From: Bacteroidales bacterium | GTDB lineage: Bacteria; Bacteroidota; Bacteroidia; Bacteroidales; DTGW01 | Assembly: GCA_026416115.1 (NCBI GenBank) | Contig: JAOAFU010000034.1 | Location: 1-49,018, forward strand | DNA length: 49,018 nt | Direction of reading: 5' to 3' | Part shown: positions 10,101 to 19,216 of the stretch, one piece after another | How the letters are laid out: each line of letters begins with the position of its first letter | How positions within the stretch are numbered: the stretch's first letter is position 1 | Made by a program: the position numbers and the translations under genes | Notes under the pieces: model-generated | Databases searched by the model: none | Seen by the model: the letters and a program-made list of their open reading frames with translations, nothing else | What the model was told of the DNA's origin: nothing

Positions 10101-11541
10101 CCATGGGTTTAAACATTTTACCTTCGATACCCACTAAAGCCAGGATGGGCAAATACACAATCAGAATAATGATTTGTCCAAAAGTGGCCGAACTCATCAT
10201 TCTTTTGGCCGAATCGAGCACATGTTCATCCATCTGCTCTTTTGATAGCTTGACAACTCCCTGCAAGTGGTGTTTGCTCATATATATTCGATGTACTACA
10301 CTTTCGACAATGATTACTGCACCGTCGACTATTAAACCAAAATCGATAGCCCCTAAGCTCATCAGATTACCCGAAACACCGAACAGATTCATCATCGAAA
10401 CAGCAAAAAGCATCGACAAAGGAATAACCGATGCCACTATAAGGCCTGCACGGGCATTACCTAACATGAGTACAAGAATAAAAATTACAATCAGTGCACC
10501 TTCTATAAGATTTTTTGAGACGGTACCGATAACTCGACCTACAAGATCGGAACGATTGAGGAAAGGTTCTATGATAACCCCATCGGGTAATGTTTTTTGA
10601 ATAGTTGCAATACGTGCTTCGACCTCTTTAATCACCTCCCTTGCATTTGCCCCTTTGAGCATCATCACTACACCCCCAACGGCTTCGGAAGTGTCGATTA
10701 CCAAAGCTCCATATCGTGTAGCGCTCCCATACTGTACTTTGGCAACATCGCGGATCAGCACGGGTATGCCCGAAGGAGTAACCTTAACCACAATTTTTTC
10801 AATATCTTCAATTGAGTTTATTAAACCAATGCCTCGTATAAAAAAGGCATTTGGTTTTTTATCGATATAGGCACTACCTGTATTTTCGTTGTTGTTCTCG
10901 AGAGCCTCGAAAATATCGGTGAGCGTTAGATTCAAACTTCTAAGACGCTCGGGATTCACAGCTACCTCGTATTGCTTTACATAGCCTCCGTAACTGTTGA
11001 TATCGGCAACACCAGGTGTGCCTAACAATCCGCGACGAACCATCCAATCCTGAATTGTTCGAAGTTCGAGGGGGGTATACTTTTCTTCGTATCCTTTTGC
11101 CACCGATAAACGATACTGATAAATTTCACCCAGACCTGTGCTAATGGGTGCAAGCTCTATTTTAGCTAATCCTTGTGGAACAATTTCCTCTACCTCTTTT
11201 AACCTTTCACCCAGTTGTTGGCGTGCCCAATAGATATCGACATTATCTTTAAACACTACGGTAATAACCGATAAGCCTAAACGCGAAATTGAACGAAGTT
11301 CGATGATATCGGGAATATTAGCAACGGCGACTTCTATAGGCTCGGTAATAAAACTTTCGACTTCCTGCACGGCAAGAGAGGGTGCTATTGAAATAATCTG
11401 AACCTGATTGTTTGTAATGTCGGGAACTGCATCGACAGGTAGTTTGATTAAAGAGTAGGTACCCCATCCTATTAGGGCCAATGTAAATAATCCAACAATT
11501 ATTTTGTTCCGAATCGAAAATCGTATTATGCTCTCAATCAT
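7150..11541 (-). CDS. czcA: CusA/CzcA-family heavy-metal RND transporter fused to a C-terminal TolC-like outer membrane factor domain
   Basis: 1463 aa. DAVPDITNNQV, TM4 GAIDFGLIVDGAVIIVE (divalent-cation CzcA type), RLRPVIMTA, GAEVQKPLATVVIGG. About 395 further aa have outer-membrane-factor-like helical repeats and SYKAGELDY. Confidence 0.9.
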   Translation of the reverse strand: MIESIIRFSIRNKIIVGLFTLALIGWGTYSLIKLPVDAVPDITNNQVQIISIAPSLAVQEVESFITEPIEVAVANIPDIIELRSISRLGLSVITVVFKDNVDIYWARQQLGERLKEVEEIVPQGLAKIELAPISTGLGEIYQYRLSVAKGYEEKYTPLELRTIQDWMVRRGLLGTPGVADINSYGGYVKQYEVAVNPERLRSLNLTLTDIFEALENNNENTGSAYIDKKPNAFFIRGIGLINSIEDIEKIVVKVTPSGIPVLIRDVAKVQYGSATRYGALVIDTSEAVGGVVMMLKGANAREVIKEVEARIATIQKTLPDGVIIEPFLNRSDLVGRVIGTVSKNLIEGALIVIFILVLMLGNARAGLIVASVIPLSMLFAVSMMNLFGVSGNLMSLGAIDFGLIVDGAVIIVESVVHRIYMSKHHLQGVVKLSKEQMDEHVLDSAKRMMSSATFGQIIILIVYLPILALVGIEGKMFKPMAQVVSFALIGAILLSLTYVPAASAVFLSRETNRRNKLSDRIMAGINRAFQPILGFSLKNKLVVVAAATAMLLLSLVIFSRLGGEFIPQLEEGDLAAGVITLQGGSLTNTIEQVKKANKILLANFPEIKHTVCKIGAGEIPTDPTPMETGDYIITLKPKDEWVSAKSREELIAKMEEALIPLAGVKFEFQQPIQMRFNELLSGSKQDVAIKIFGDDLNTLAELGEKVEQLIVDIDGVEDINVEKVTGLAQIQVELIRDRLAQYGLSVTEVNKILRAAFAGSEAGIIYEGEKRFALVVRYDKDFRKSIDDVKNITVALHQGGQIFLDQIANIEIKSGPAQVSRENTKRRLTIGFNVRNRDVESVIAEVTQKIEKQIKFPVGYYVDYGGQFRNLEAAKQRLSIAIPVALLLIFILLYFAFYSVKQTLLIFTAVPLSAIGGILALWVRGMNFSISAGIGFIALFGVAVLNGIVLIAEFNRLEKEGISDVLERVKKGVNNRLRPVIMTAAVASLGFLPMALSTSAGAEVQKPLATVVIGGLISATLLTLVVLPVLYTIFSTRSFRKILRKRIFKTLTIGIFCLTIFSIDIKSQQKEVIIIDAKQAVRLAIDSNLAIRSSAYAIDEQKWLKKASWDIPKTSIELQYGQFNSIEKDNSITVSQTFAFPTVYIYQNKLAKAQISNAEWQHEISKLEIATQVKQLYWEWVYLLSKQKLLIYQDSLYSGLLKSVEIRVRTGETNKLELLTARSQSLQIKNELQQLIFELSALNQKLQVLLNINASIVPADTALSRLEYIEVSDSGLVMSNPSNALMLKQAEIAAMEKKIERSRMLPEITIGYFSQTMKGIQEVNGISRSFGPADRFYGWQVGLAIPLWFTPYTARTKAAKMKEMAAQTNAEYFERKLVSEYKHLTNEFYKYRNSVLYFENVAIPQANQIIEQATLSYKAGELDYIDYLQSIDRALDIKHNYLTALYNYNQTIISLEFITGKLF

Positions 11542-11733
11542 ATGTGACTTATTAAGTTCCTAAATATCTATTTCTGATTTATAAAAGAAAGGTAAGTTTG
11601 TATAGTATTGTATTTTCATTGCCATCGATACCTGCAACTTGCATACAATAACGTATTGCCTAGTTTTACTGCAGGTAAATAGCTTTTGGACAAATACAAT
11701 AAATTTTTAGTAAAGATTTGAAAGATATAACAA

Positions 11734-12036
11734 TTAGGATTTTGGTGGTTGCCAGATGTTTGGAAAGAAAGCAGAAAAGAAAAATAACTTTTTTTCATCA
11801 GGCATATATTGAAAAATAGAAATACTGCTAAGTTTAATTTTCCCCACTGCAATTACTGGGTTCACACAGCAGTCGCAGGGACAAAAGGGTGAACAATGAT
11901 CGAGGGTTTGGTGCTTGTGGTGATTTGTATTTGAGAGCATCTCGTTATGCGAATAGCAAACTCTCACTACATCACTACATGGAATGGCGGTGAGCATTAC
12001 TATGTAAATCGATAATATGGAAGCAAGAACTTTCAT
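11734..12036 (-). CDS. Small Cys/His-rich protein upstream of metal efflux genes (DUF6660-like)
   Basis: About 100 aa from ATG 12036: hydrophobic N-terminus, PCSD, HHKH, DHCSPFCPCDCC, C-terminal IWQPPKS. The pattern matches what I recall for Bacteroidota DUF6660. Start 12051 would overlap the promoter element. Confidence 0.75.
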   Translation of the reverse strand: MKVLASILSIYIVMLTAIPCSDVVRVCYSHNEMLSNTNHHKHQTLDHCSPFCPCDCCVNPVIAVGKIKLSSISIFQYMPDEKKLFFFSAFFPNIWQPPKS

Positions 12037-12048
12037 ATAGTCACGTGG

Positions 12049-12056
12049 CAAATATA
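12049..12056 (-). promoter_or_regulatory. -7 promoter element for the metal efflux locus
   Basis: Minus strand TATATTTG, 12 nt upstream of ATG 12036. Confidence 0.55.
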
Positions 12057-12240
12057 AACAAGATATTTTAATAGAATGTTTGAACTCTTGTCCATTTTGT
12101 CCTGAAGGAGAAAAGGCCGTTAAAAAATCTAAGATTTGAAATAGAAAAGGGCAAAATATTATTCTTAATTTTGATAGAAAGAAAGGAAAAATTTATACAG
12201 TAAGAAATTATGCTTTATTAGAAAAAAAAGGAAGGGCTAA

Positions 12241-12564
12241 TTACCCTTCCAAAAGTTTATTGAGTTTTTGAACGAAAACGCTTTTTGAAACTGCTCCTAC
12301 CTGTTTATCGACAACCTGACCATTTTTAAAGAAAAGAACCGTAGGAATGTTTCGAATACCGAAACGCATAGCAATTGCATTGTTATTGTCGACATCGACT
12401 TTTCCAACTACCACTTTGCCGGCGTATTCTTTACTCAATTCTTCTACAATTGGCGAAATCATTCGACACGGTCCACACCATTCGGCCCAAAAGTCAACCA
12501 TAACAGGTTTATCAGATTTAATGACCATTTCATCAAAATTGCTATCAGTAAGTTCGAGTGCCAT
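12241..12564 (-). CDS. trxA: Thioredoxin
   Basis: 107 aa; DFWAEWCGPC and IRNIPT. Confidence 0.97.
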   Translation of the reverse strand: MALELTDSNFDEMVIKSDKPVMVDFWAEWCGPCRMISPIVEELSKEYAGKVVVGKVDVDNNNAIAMRFGIRNIPTVLFFKNGQVVDKQVGAVSKSVFVQKLNKLLEG

Positions 12565-12617
12565 AATATTAAAATTTAGTTATTTGATTATTTAAAACCT
12601 TTTTTATCGAAAAAAGT

Positions 12618-15600
12618 TCAAGCAATGTTAAGTTGAACAAACGGAAAAGAATGGATAAAGTTAAGAAAATCATTCGAAATTTTTATTTTAAAAGTTCGCG
12701 AAACACAATCGACCTTCATATTGTTTGCAGGATCGAGTAGAGCGATTTTAAGGGTTAATTTTCCGGGATTTTCTTTGACATTTTTGACCAATTGCTGAAC
12801 AAAATCATCATCAATTTGATCGTAAGGGATAGTAAGCTGAACATATTTAAGCAATTCTTCCCTTACATCGGCCAGGTGTAAAACGCGTGTAATTTTAAAT
12901 TCGAGTTCATTGCGGTTACCAAACTCACGGGGCTGAATTTTTGCCTTAACTAATACCATCCATTCTTTTCTGAACATACGTTCGAACTGGTCGAAATCTT
13001 TTCCGAAAAGATTAAATCGGAAAGTACCGTTGTAATCCTGTAGGGTGACCGACAAATAGGGTTTGTTGTTTTTAGTAATTCCCGAACGTGCTTCGACCAC
13101 TAAACCACCCACAATAACCTCTTTTCCTTTAAGAGGCGTAAGGTCGTTAAGATCGGCAAGTTGGTGGGTACATACATTTTCAAACTCAAATTTGTAGGGG
13201 TCGAGCGGATGTCCCGAAAGGTAAATTCCTATAAGATCTTTCTCACGGTTAAGCTGCTCGATGATAGTCCAATCCTCATCCACCACAGGTACTTTTGGAG
13301 GGGGTATTTGCAATCCAGTACCGTTGTCGAACATATCGAAAAGTGTTTGCTGTTGCGAGCGTTTTTCTTCTTGCATGCGAATGCCATACTTCATCAGTTG
13401 TTCGACAAAGCTTGTCTGACCGTCGCTGGCGAAGTAATGAGAGCGTTTTATGCCAAAACTGTCAAGAGCGCCCGCAATTATTAAATTTTCGATAATCTTG
13501 CGGCTAATGGACGTATAGTTTAAACGACTAAAAAAATCGTAGACATCTTTGAAGTGTCCATTTTTCTCACGTTCTTCGATAATGCTCGATACAGCACCTT
13601 CACCAATTCCTTTTATTGCAGCAAGACCAAACCTTATATTCCCTTTTTTATTTACGGTAAAAGTTTCGCGACTTTCGTTGATATCGGGGCCGAGCACCTC
13701 AATACCCAACCGACGGCACTCTTCCATAAAAAATGTTATTTTTTCTATACTCGAGGCATTATTTAGCACGGCAGCCATATACTCGGCAGGGTAGTGTGCT
13801 TTCAGGTAGGCTGTCTGATATGCCACAAAAGCATAACAGGTACTGTGCGATTTATTAAATGCATACGAGGCAAAAGCTTCCCAGTCGGTCCAGATTTTTT
13901 CCAATATTTTAACATCGTAACCTTTTTGCGAGGCCTGTTCTATAAATTTAGGCTTAAGCTTGTCGAGAGTCTTCCGATCTTTTTTGCCCATTGCTTTACG
14001 TAATAAATCGGCATCACCCTTCGAAAAACCTGCTAATTTCTGCGATAGCAGCATAACCTGCTCCTGATAAACGGTTATGCCGTAGGTGTCTTTCAGATAT
14101 TCTTCCATTTCGGGCAGGTCGTAGGTAATAGGTTCTTTGCCATGTTTACGGGCAATATAATTGGGAATGTATTCCAGAGGTCCAGGTCGATACAACGCAT
14201 TCATGGCGATCAAATCGTTAAACGAGTCGGGTTGTAACTCGCGAAGGTATTTTTGCATGCCTGGACTTTCGAATTGGAATGTACCGTTGGTTTCGCCCCG
14301 TTGGTATAGCTCAAATGTTTTTTTATCGTCGAGGGGTATGTTATCGATATCGATAGTAATACCGTGATTCTGATGGATGAGCTCCAGAGCGTTTTTTATG
14401 ATGGTCAGGGTTTTAAGACCCAAAAAGTCCATTTTAATAACTCCTGCCTGTTCAATAACTTTACCTTCGAACTGGGTGACATAGAGGTCGGCATCCTTCG
14501 CAATAGCGAGTGGAACAATATCGGTAAGGTCGGTTGGTGCAATGATGATACCTGCGGCATGAACACCCGTGTTGCGTACCGAGCCCTCGATATTTCTGGC
14601 TTCGCGAAGAACTTGAGCTTTCAAATCGTCGCCCTGAATAATTTCGCGTAATTTGAGCACATCGGCAATCTCGTCGGCATTGAGGCCTTCTTTCTCCCGT
14701 AGGCCATTTTCTCCATCGATAGGGGCGTCGAATATTCGTTGTAAAGTTATTCCCGGACGTTCGGGGACTAACTTCGATAGCTCGTTGGTTTCGTTGAGGC
14801 TTAATTCAAGTACCCGGCCTACATCTTTTATGCTCATTTTGGCAGCCATGGTGCCGTAAGTGATTATTTGAGCCACCTGGTTACGACCATATTTTTTTAC
14901 AACATAGTCGATCACTTTCTGTCGTCCCTCATCGTCGAAGTCGGTATCGATATCGGGCATGCTCTTACGATCGGGATTAAGAAAACGTTCAAAAAGCAGG
15001 TCGTATTTGATAGGGTCGATATTAGTAATACCAATGCAGTAGGCTACGGCAGATCCAGCGGCCGAACCACGTCCTGGTCCAACAAAAACACCCAGGTCAC
15101 GGCCAGCACGGATAAAGTCCATCACAATTAGAAAGTAACCAGCAAACCCCATTCGTTCGATAATCTGCAATTCGTAATTTAATCGTTCTTCGATAGCAGG
15201 GGTAAGCTCGTGGTATCGTTTACGAGCTCCTTCGAAGGTTAGATGCCGTAAGTAGGCATCCTGATTAGCAAAACCTTCGGGAATAGGAAAATGGGGCAGC
15301 ATGATATCGCGCTGCAGATTAAGTAATTCAACCTTGTCGACTATTTCGTTTGTATTATCAATAGCTTGTGGTATGTCTTTGAAAAGATGCGACATCTCGG
15401 CGGTTGTCTTAAAGTAGAACTGATCGTTATAAAACCCAAAACGCGTATTTTTAAGGTTAATCTCTTCGTCGTCGAGATATTCTTTGGCAATAGGTGTACT
15501 TTTCTTCTCGCCGGTATTTACACACAACAATATATCGTGGGCGTTATAATCGGTTTGTTCGGTATAATGACTATCGTTGGTGGCTATAACCTTTACTTTA

Positions 15601-16226
15601 TATTTTTGTGCCCATTTTAATAAAGTTTGATTTACTTTTTCTTGATCGGGAATAGCATGCCGCTGAAGTTCGATATAATAGTCGTCGCCAAAAATATCGA
15701 GCCACCATTTGAACTCGGCTTCAGCTTCTTGCTCGCTCTTCTGTAAGATGGCTTTTGGTACGTATCCTGCAAGACAACAGGTTGTAGCAATAAGCCCTTC
15801 GTGATATTTCAGAATCAAATCCTTGTCGATTCGTGGATATTTCGAATAGTACCCTTCAATAAATCCCAGAGAAGAGAGCTTTACCAAATTTTTATAACCT
15901 TGCTGATTTTTGGCTAACAAAACTTGATGAAAACGCTGGTCTTTCTCGCCTCGTGTAAACGAATGCCGAAATCTATCGGCCACTACATAAAATTCGCATC
16001 CTACAATGGGTTTTACCTTTACGCGTTTATCGGAAGGATCGTCGGGATTGAGTCGGTGATTGTAAGCCTCGGCTACAAATTCAAAAACTCCAAACATATT
16101 GCCATGGTCGGTAATGGCCAGAGCAGGCATACCATCGGCAGCAGCTTTTTTGAAGAGCTTTTTTATGTCCGACGCTCCATCGAGCAGAGAGAATTGTGTA
16201 TGAACGTGTAAATGAGAAAATTTCAT
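12618..16226 (-). CDS. dnaE: DNA polymerase III subunit alpha
   Basis: PHP domain HLHVHTQFSLLDG/TDHGN, GPGRGSAAGS, catalytic MPDIDTD, KMDFLGL, YAFNKSH, C-terminal OB fold. Confidence 0.98.
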   Translation of the reverse strand: MKFSHLHVHTQFSLLDGASDIKKLFKKAAADGMPALAITDHGNMFGVFEFVAEAYNHRLNPDDPSDKRVKVKPIVGCEFYVVADRFRHSFTRGEKDQRFHQVLLAKNQQGYKNLVKLSSLGFIEGYYSKYPRIDKDLILKYHEGLIATTCCLAGYVPKAILQKSEQEAEAEFKWWLDIFGDDYYIELQRHAIPDQEKVNQTLLKWAQKYKVKVIATNDSHYTEQTDYNAHDILLCVNTGEKKSTPIAKEYLDDEEINLKNTRFGFYNDQFYFKTTAEMSHLFKDIPQAIDNTNEIVDKVELLNLQRDIMLPHFPIPEGFANQDAYLRHLTFEGARKRYHELTPAIEERLNYELQIIERMGFAGYFLIVMDFIRAGRDLGVFVGPGRGSAAGSAVAYCIGITNIDPIKYDLLFERFLNPDRKSMPDIDTDFDDEGRQKVIDYVVKKYGRNQVAQIITYGTMAAKMSIKDVGRVLELSLNETNELSKLVPERPGITLQRIFDAPIDGENGLREKEGLNADEIADVLKLREIIQGDDLKAQVLREARNIEGSVRNTGVHAAGIIIAPTDLTDIVPLAIAKDADLYVTQFEGKVIEQAGVIKMDFLGLKTLTIIKNALELIHQNHGITIDIDNIPLDDKKTFELYQRGETNGTFQFESPGMQKYLRELQPDSFNDLIAMNALYRPGPLEYIPNYIARKHGKEPITYDLPEMEEYLKDTYGITVYQEQVMLLSQKLAGFSKGDADLLRKAMGKKDRKTLDKLKPKFIEQASQKGYDVKILEKIWTDWEAFASYAFNKSHSTCYAFVAYQTAYLKAHYPAEYMAAVLNNASSIEKITFFMEECRRLGIEVLGPDINESRETFTVNKKGNIRFGLAAIKGIGEGAVSSIIEEREKNGHFKDVYDFFSRLNYTSISRKIIENLIIAGALDSFGIKRSHYFASDGQTSFVEQLMKYGIRMQEEKRSQQQTLFDMFDNGTGLQIPPPKVPVVDEDWTIIEQLNREKDLIGIYLSGHPLDPYKFEFENVCTHQLADLNDLTPLKGKEVIVGGLVVEARSGITKNNKPYLSVTLQDYNGTFRFNLFGKDFDQFERMFRKEWMVLVKAKIQPREFGNRNELEFKITRVLHLADVREELLKYVQLTIPYDQIDDDFVQQLVKNVKENPGKLTLKIALLDPANNMKVDCVSRTFKIKISNDFLNFIHSFPFVQLNIA

Positions 16227-16255
16227 TTTAGATTAGGTTATTATTCGGGCCACCT

Positions 16256-16263
16256 CAAAGTTA
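16256..16263 (-). promoter_or_regulatory. -7 promoter element for dnaE
   Basis: Minus strand TAACTTTG, 29 nt upstream of the dnaE ATG. Confidence 0.55.
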
Positions 16264-16507
16264 AACCTAATTGTTTATTTATTGGAAAGCTGTTGATAAA
16301 TACTGAAAACTCTTAAAAACAATAACATATGTAAGTTTTGGAGAGTTGTATGTATGCACTTCGCTAATAGTGTTATTTTTTACTGATTCATGCGAATGTG
16401 CAAGTACATGTTTTATAACTTGTTTTGTATGTAGGGAATGGTAATTTTTTTAGTTACTTTTACTATTCACAATTTAGCTAATTCTGATGTTTTAAAATTC
16501 TTTAAAA

Positions 16508-16897
16508 ATGAGGGGTATAATTCTTTCTTTTTTCTTCATATTTTGTACAAATCTATCAGCTCAAACTGAAGGGCTGATGGTTCGAATTGCCGAGATTGAA
16601 GTTGATTCTGTTTATTTAAAAGAGTATTTTCAAATTTTAAAAACCGAAGCCAGAGAATCAATAAAAAAAGAACAAGGGGTAATCTCAATTTTCCCCATGT
16701 ACCATAAAGATAAACCAAATCATATCGTTATATTGGAAGTATATATTGATAAAAATGCCTATGAAAAACACCTAAGTTCACCTCATTTCATCGAATATAA
16801 GACAAGCACAAAAAAAATGATTAAATCGCTCAAATTGGTGGATATGCAAAGTCTCGATCTAGAAATGATGAAAGAGATATTTAAAAAGATAAACTAA
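16508..16897 (+). CDS. Antibiotic biosynthesis monooxygenase (ABM)/putative quinol monooxygenase family protein with signal peptide
   Basis: EQGVI, ILEVY, AYEKHLSSPHF follow the ABM/LsrG-like pattern. N-terminal hydrophobic stretch ends NLSA-Q. Confidence 0.75.
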   Translation: MRGIILSFFFIFCTNLSAQTEGLMVRIAEIEVDSVYLKEYFQILKTEARESIKKEQGVISIFPMYHKDKPNHIVILEVYIDKNAYEKHLSSPHFIEYKTSTKKMIKSLKLVDMQSLDLEMMKEIFKKIN

Positions 16898-16968
16898 AAG
16901 AAACTAGAGCAATAACAGGATAAGAACAATTTTTTGAATTATTTGTTTGGATAAAAAAAAATAAAGCT

Positions 16969-17547
16969 ATGGGATACACACTGGGTTTAGGGGAAAAAGC
17001 CCCTTATTTTCGGTTAAAGGGAACCGATGGGAAGGAATATTCGATCGACGATTTTAAGTCGAAGTATCTGGTTGTGTTTTTTACCTGCAACCATTGCCCT
17101 TATGTTTTGGGATCGGACGAAGTGACTCGAAAAACAGCTGAGAAGTTTATTCCGTTGGGAGTAACTTTTGTGGGTATTAATTCCAACAGTCCAAATACAT
17201 ATCCAGAGGATAGTTACGAGAATATGGTAAAGCGTATTGAACAATACAAGTTTCCGTGGTATTATTTACACGACGCCACTCAGGATATTGCTCGCGCTTA
17301 TGGGGCATTACGTACACCACATTTTTATGTTTTCGACGAGAACCGTAAATTGGTTTACACTGGCCGAGGGGTCGACAGCCCCCGCGATGTATCGAAGATG
17401 ACTGTGAACGATCTTGAAAACGCACTAACCGATTTGGTAGAAGGGCGTCCTATTCGGGTACCCATAACTAATCCTATTGGATGTAATATTAAATGGGAAG
17501 GAAAAGATCCCAAATGGATGCCAGCCGAAGCCTGTGACTTGGTTTAG
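16969..17547 (+). CDS. Thioredoxin-like AhpC/TSA (redoxin) family protein
   Basis: [38 protein letters not shown]. Confidence 0.85.
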   Translation: MGYTLGLGEKAPYFRLKGTDGKEYSIDDFKSKYLVVFFTCNHCPYVLGSDEVTRKTAEKFIPLGVTFVGINSNSPNTYPEDSYENMVKRIEQYKFPWYYLHDATQDIARAYGALRTPHFYVFDENRKLVYTGRGVDSPRDVSKMTVNDLENALTDLVEGRPIRVPITNPIGCNIKWEGKDPKWMPAEACDLV

Positions 17548-17641
17548 ATTGAAGATGCGATAATGGCGAAATTTTAAATCTTGCTCAACGACATTGTTGC
17601 TTCGTAGAGTTCAGACACTGACAATAAATGAGTCTTGATAT

Positions 17642-17680
17642 AACTAAAAAAGCTTAGCTCGATGCTAAGCTTTTTTAGTT
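17642..17680. terminator. Bidirectional intrinsic terminator between convergent genes
   Basis: Perfect inverted repeat AACTAAAAAAGCTTAGC-tcgat-GCTAAGCTTTTTTAGTT. Confidence 0.85.
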
Positions 17681-17688
17681 TGAGATGG

Positions 17689-19017
17689 TTATTGAGCAAG
17701 AATAGTTTTTTGGCTAATATAGTGGAAATGGGGTCCGAAACGTTCGAAAGCTGCTTTTTCGAGCGACTCCTGATGCATAGGATGAGCAATGCTAATGAGT
17801 AATCGGGCACGTTCCTGTAAGCTTTTACCATAAAGATTTACAGCCCCATATTCGGTTACCACCCAATGAATGTGAGCACGCGTCGAAACCACTCCCGACC
17901 CAGGCAAAAGGGTTGGACAAATTTTACTTATCCCTTTAGGTGTAATACTGGGCATAGCTATAATAGCCTTACCCCCCTTCGAACGCGAGGCACCGTATAT
18001 AAAGTCTACTTGACCTCCAACACCAGAATAATGTTTTGTACCTAATGAGTCGGCTCCAACCTGACCGGTTAAATCGATTTGAAGTGCTGAATTAATAGCG
18101 GTAACTTTAGGGTTTTGGGCGATAATAAAGGGATCGTTGGTATATCCTACATCCATCATCAGTACCTGGGGGTTATTGTGGATGAAGTCGTAAACTTTTT
18201 GTGAACCCATAAGGAAAGTAGCAACAAGCTTGCCTTTATCTATTGCTTTGTTAGCACCGTTGATTACTCCTTTTTCAACCAGAGGTAACACCCCATCTGC
18301 AAACATCTCGGTATGAATACCCAAATTTTTATGATTACCCAGCTGAGCAAGCACTGCATTAGGGATAGCACCGATTCCTAACTGCAGACAAGCTCCATCC
18401 TCGATTAACTCGGCACAATGCTTTCCGATAGCTGTTTCAATTTCGTCGGGCACGTTAAAATGTGCCGGCTCGAGTGGGGTGTTGTCTTCAACAAAAATAT
18501 CGATCATTTCCATCGGTATCAATGCATCGCCAAAGGCACGTGGCACATTGGGATTGACAACGGCTATAACTGTTTTAGCCATTTCAACTGCAGCTAGCGT
18601 AGCATCGACTGAGGTTCCCATCGATACGTATCCATGTTCGTCGGGGGGACTTACCTGAATCATTGCTACATCGCAGGGTAGGTAACCATCACGATAAAGA
18701 CGCTGGGTTTCGCTCAGAAATACCGGAATATAGTCGGCATATCCGCTTTGAACAGCACATCTTACATTGCCTCCAACAAAAAATGCATCGTGTTGAAAAA
18801 TTCCCTCAAACTCAGCATCAGCATAGGGTGCAGGTCCTTCGGTATGCAAATGATGAATGTGTACATCGAAAAACTCTTTTCTTCTTCCTCTCTCAATTAA
18901 TGCTTTTATCAAACATTGAGGAGCCGAAGCAACACTGCTAAAATGTATGTGGTCGCCCGATTTGACAATCTTTACGGCTTCTTCGGGGCTAACAGTTTTA
19001 TAATTTTTAACGATCAT
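17689..19017 (-). CDS. Acetyl-CoA hydrolase/CoA-transferase family protein (4-hydroxybutyrate CoA-transferase-like)
   Basis: LQLGIGAIP, LGIHTEM (catalytic Glu), INSALQIDLTGQV, SGVGGQVDF, VVTEYG, IAHP. Substrate cannot be assigned. Confidence 0.9.
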   Translation of the reverse strand: MIVKNYKTVSPEEAVKIVKSGDHIHFSSVASAPQCLIKALIERGRRKEFFDVHIHHLHTEGPAPYADAEFEGIFQHDAFFVGGNVRCAVQSGYADYIPVFLSETQRLYRDGYLPCDVAMIQVSPPDEHGYVSMGTSVDATLAAVEMAKTVIAVVNPNVPRAFGDALIPMEMIDIFVEDNTPLEPAHFNVPDEIETAIGKHCAELIEDGACLQLGIGAIPNAVLAQLGNHKNLGIHTEMFADGVLPLVEKGVINGANKAIDKGKLVATFLMGSQKVYDFIHNNPQVLMMDVGYTNDPFIIAQNPKVTAINSALQIDLTGQVGADSLGTKHYSGVGGQVDFIYGASRSKGGKAIIAMPSITPKGISKICPTLLPGSGVVSTRAHIHWVVTEYGAVNLYGKSLQERARLLISIAHPMHQESLEKAAFERFGPHFHYISQKTILAQ

Positions 19018-19037
19018 GGCTTAAAATTTTGAAGCGG

Positions 19038-19045
19038 CAAAATTA
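19038..19045 (-). promoter_or_regulatory. -7 promoter element for the CoA-transferase gene
   Basis: Minus strand TAATTTTG, 20 nt upstream of ATG 19017. Confidence 0.5.
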
Positions 19046-19162
19046 TAAATTCTTCACTTTCAACCTACTTTTTATTGTTATTTTTTTCACTAAGAATCAA
19101 AATATTGATAATCAATTAAATTTATGTTTTTCCGTCCTGAAATGTTCTGGAATTATTTACAT

Positions 19163-19190
19163 GAAAAAATCCCGGGCTTGTGACCCGGGA
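19163..19190 (-). terminator. Intrinsic terminator after the GH97 gene
   Basis: Minus strand TCCCGGG-tcacaag-CCCGGGA followed by TTTTTT. Confidence 0.75.
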
Positions 19191-19216
19191 CGAAAAAACA
19201 AAATATCATTTCAATT

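Noticed and set aside
11616-11852. 78-aa ORF overlapping the small Cys-rich gene and spacer
   Set aside because: It overlaps a better-supported ORF in another frame and has no motif.
12618-16226. Intein or extra exonuclease domain in DnaE
   Set aside because: Length is ordinary; no intein splice motifs or DEDD domain seen.
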